Assembly: GCA_046497275.1 (NCBI GenBank)
Contig: JAWOFX010000056.1
Span: 1 to 6,010, forward strand
Direction of reading: 5' to 3'
DNA: 6,010 bases
Source: Promethearchaeia archaeon
GTDB lineage: Archaea > Asgardarchaeota > Lokiarchaeia > Sigyniarchaeales > SOKP01
Every line of letters starts with the position of its first letter. The first letter of the stretch is position 1. The translations under genes were made by a program, and so were the position numbers. The notes below the pieces were generated by a model that worked only from the letters and a program-made list of their open reading frames with translations, was not told the DNA's origin and searched no databases. Positions 5,918 through 6,010 of this stretch are shown here, piece after piece.

Positions 5918-6010
5918 ATGATTCTAAAAAGAATAAAAAGCGAAGGTTTAGCCCATATATCATATTTTCTTGCGTCCGAAAATGAAGCTTGTGTAGTGGA
6001 TCCTCGGAGG
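5918..6010 (+). CDS. MBL-fold metallo-hydrolase (persulfide dioxygenase/hydroxyacylglutathione hydrolase-like, often rhodanese-fused), 5' part only
   Basis: Not in the ORF track. ATG 5918 reads MILKRIKSEGLAHISYFLASENEACVVDPRR, matching the conserved N-terminus (S-GLAH-SY------EA-VIDPRRD) of this MBL subfamily. Truncated by the window end, so the HxHxDH motif is not visible. Confidence 0.85.
   Translation, partial: MILKRIKSEGLAHISYFLASENEACVVDPRR

Overview
AT-rich, archaeal-style window: GGTGA/GAGGT Shine-Dalgarno motifs, a TTTAAATA TATA-like box and oligo-T terminators. The protein style suggests Asgard archaea (Lokiarchaeia/Promethearchaeota), but that is inference and was not searched. Gene order: partial DUF1028 Ntn-hydrolase-like gene (-, cut by the left edge); NAD-dependent epimerase/dehydratase (+); a 640-bp gap holding phased TACACA repeats and an uncalled 39-aa ORF with its own SD and poly-T terminator; a 329-aa coiled-coil/ribbon-helix-helix/Pro-linker/winged-helix protein tightly coupled to an MFS exporter; a radical SAM/SPASM enzyme with an N-terminal PqqD/RRE-like domain; an 81-aa Cys/aromatic-rich protein; and the start of an MBL-fold hydrolase (cut by the right edge). 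The most interesting reading is a candidate archaeal peptide-modification (RiPP-like) locus with a repeat-array-controlled small peptide. Functional linkage between these genes is hypothesis only.
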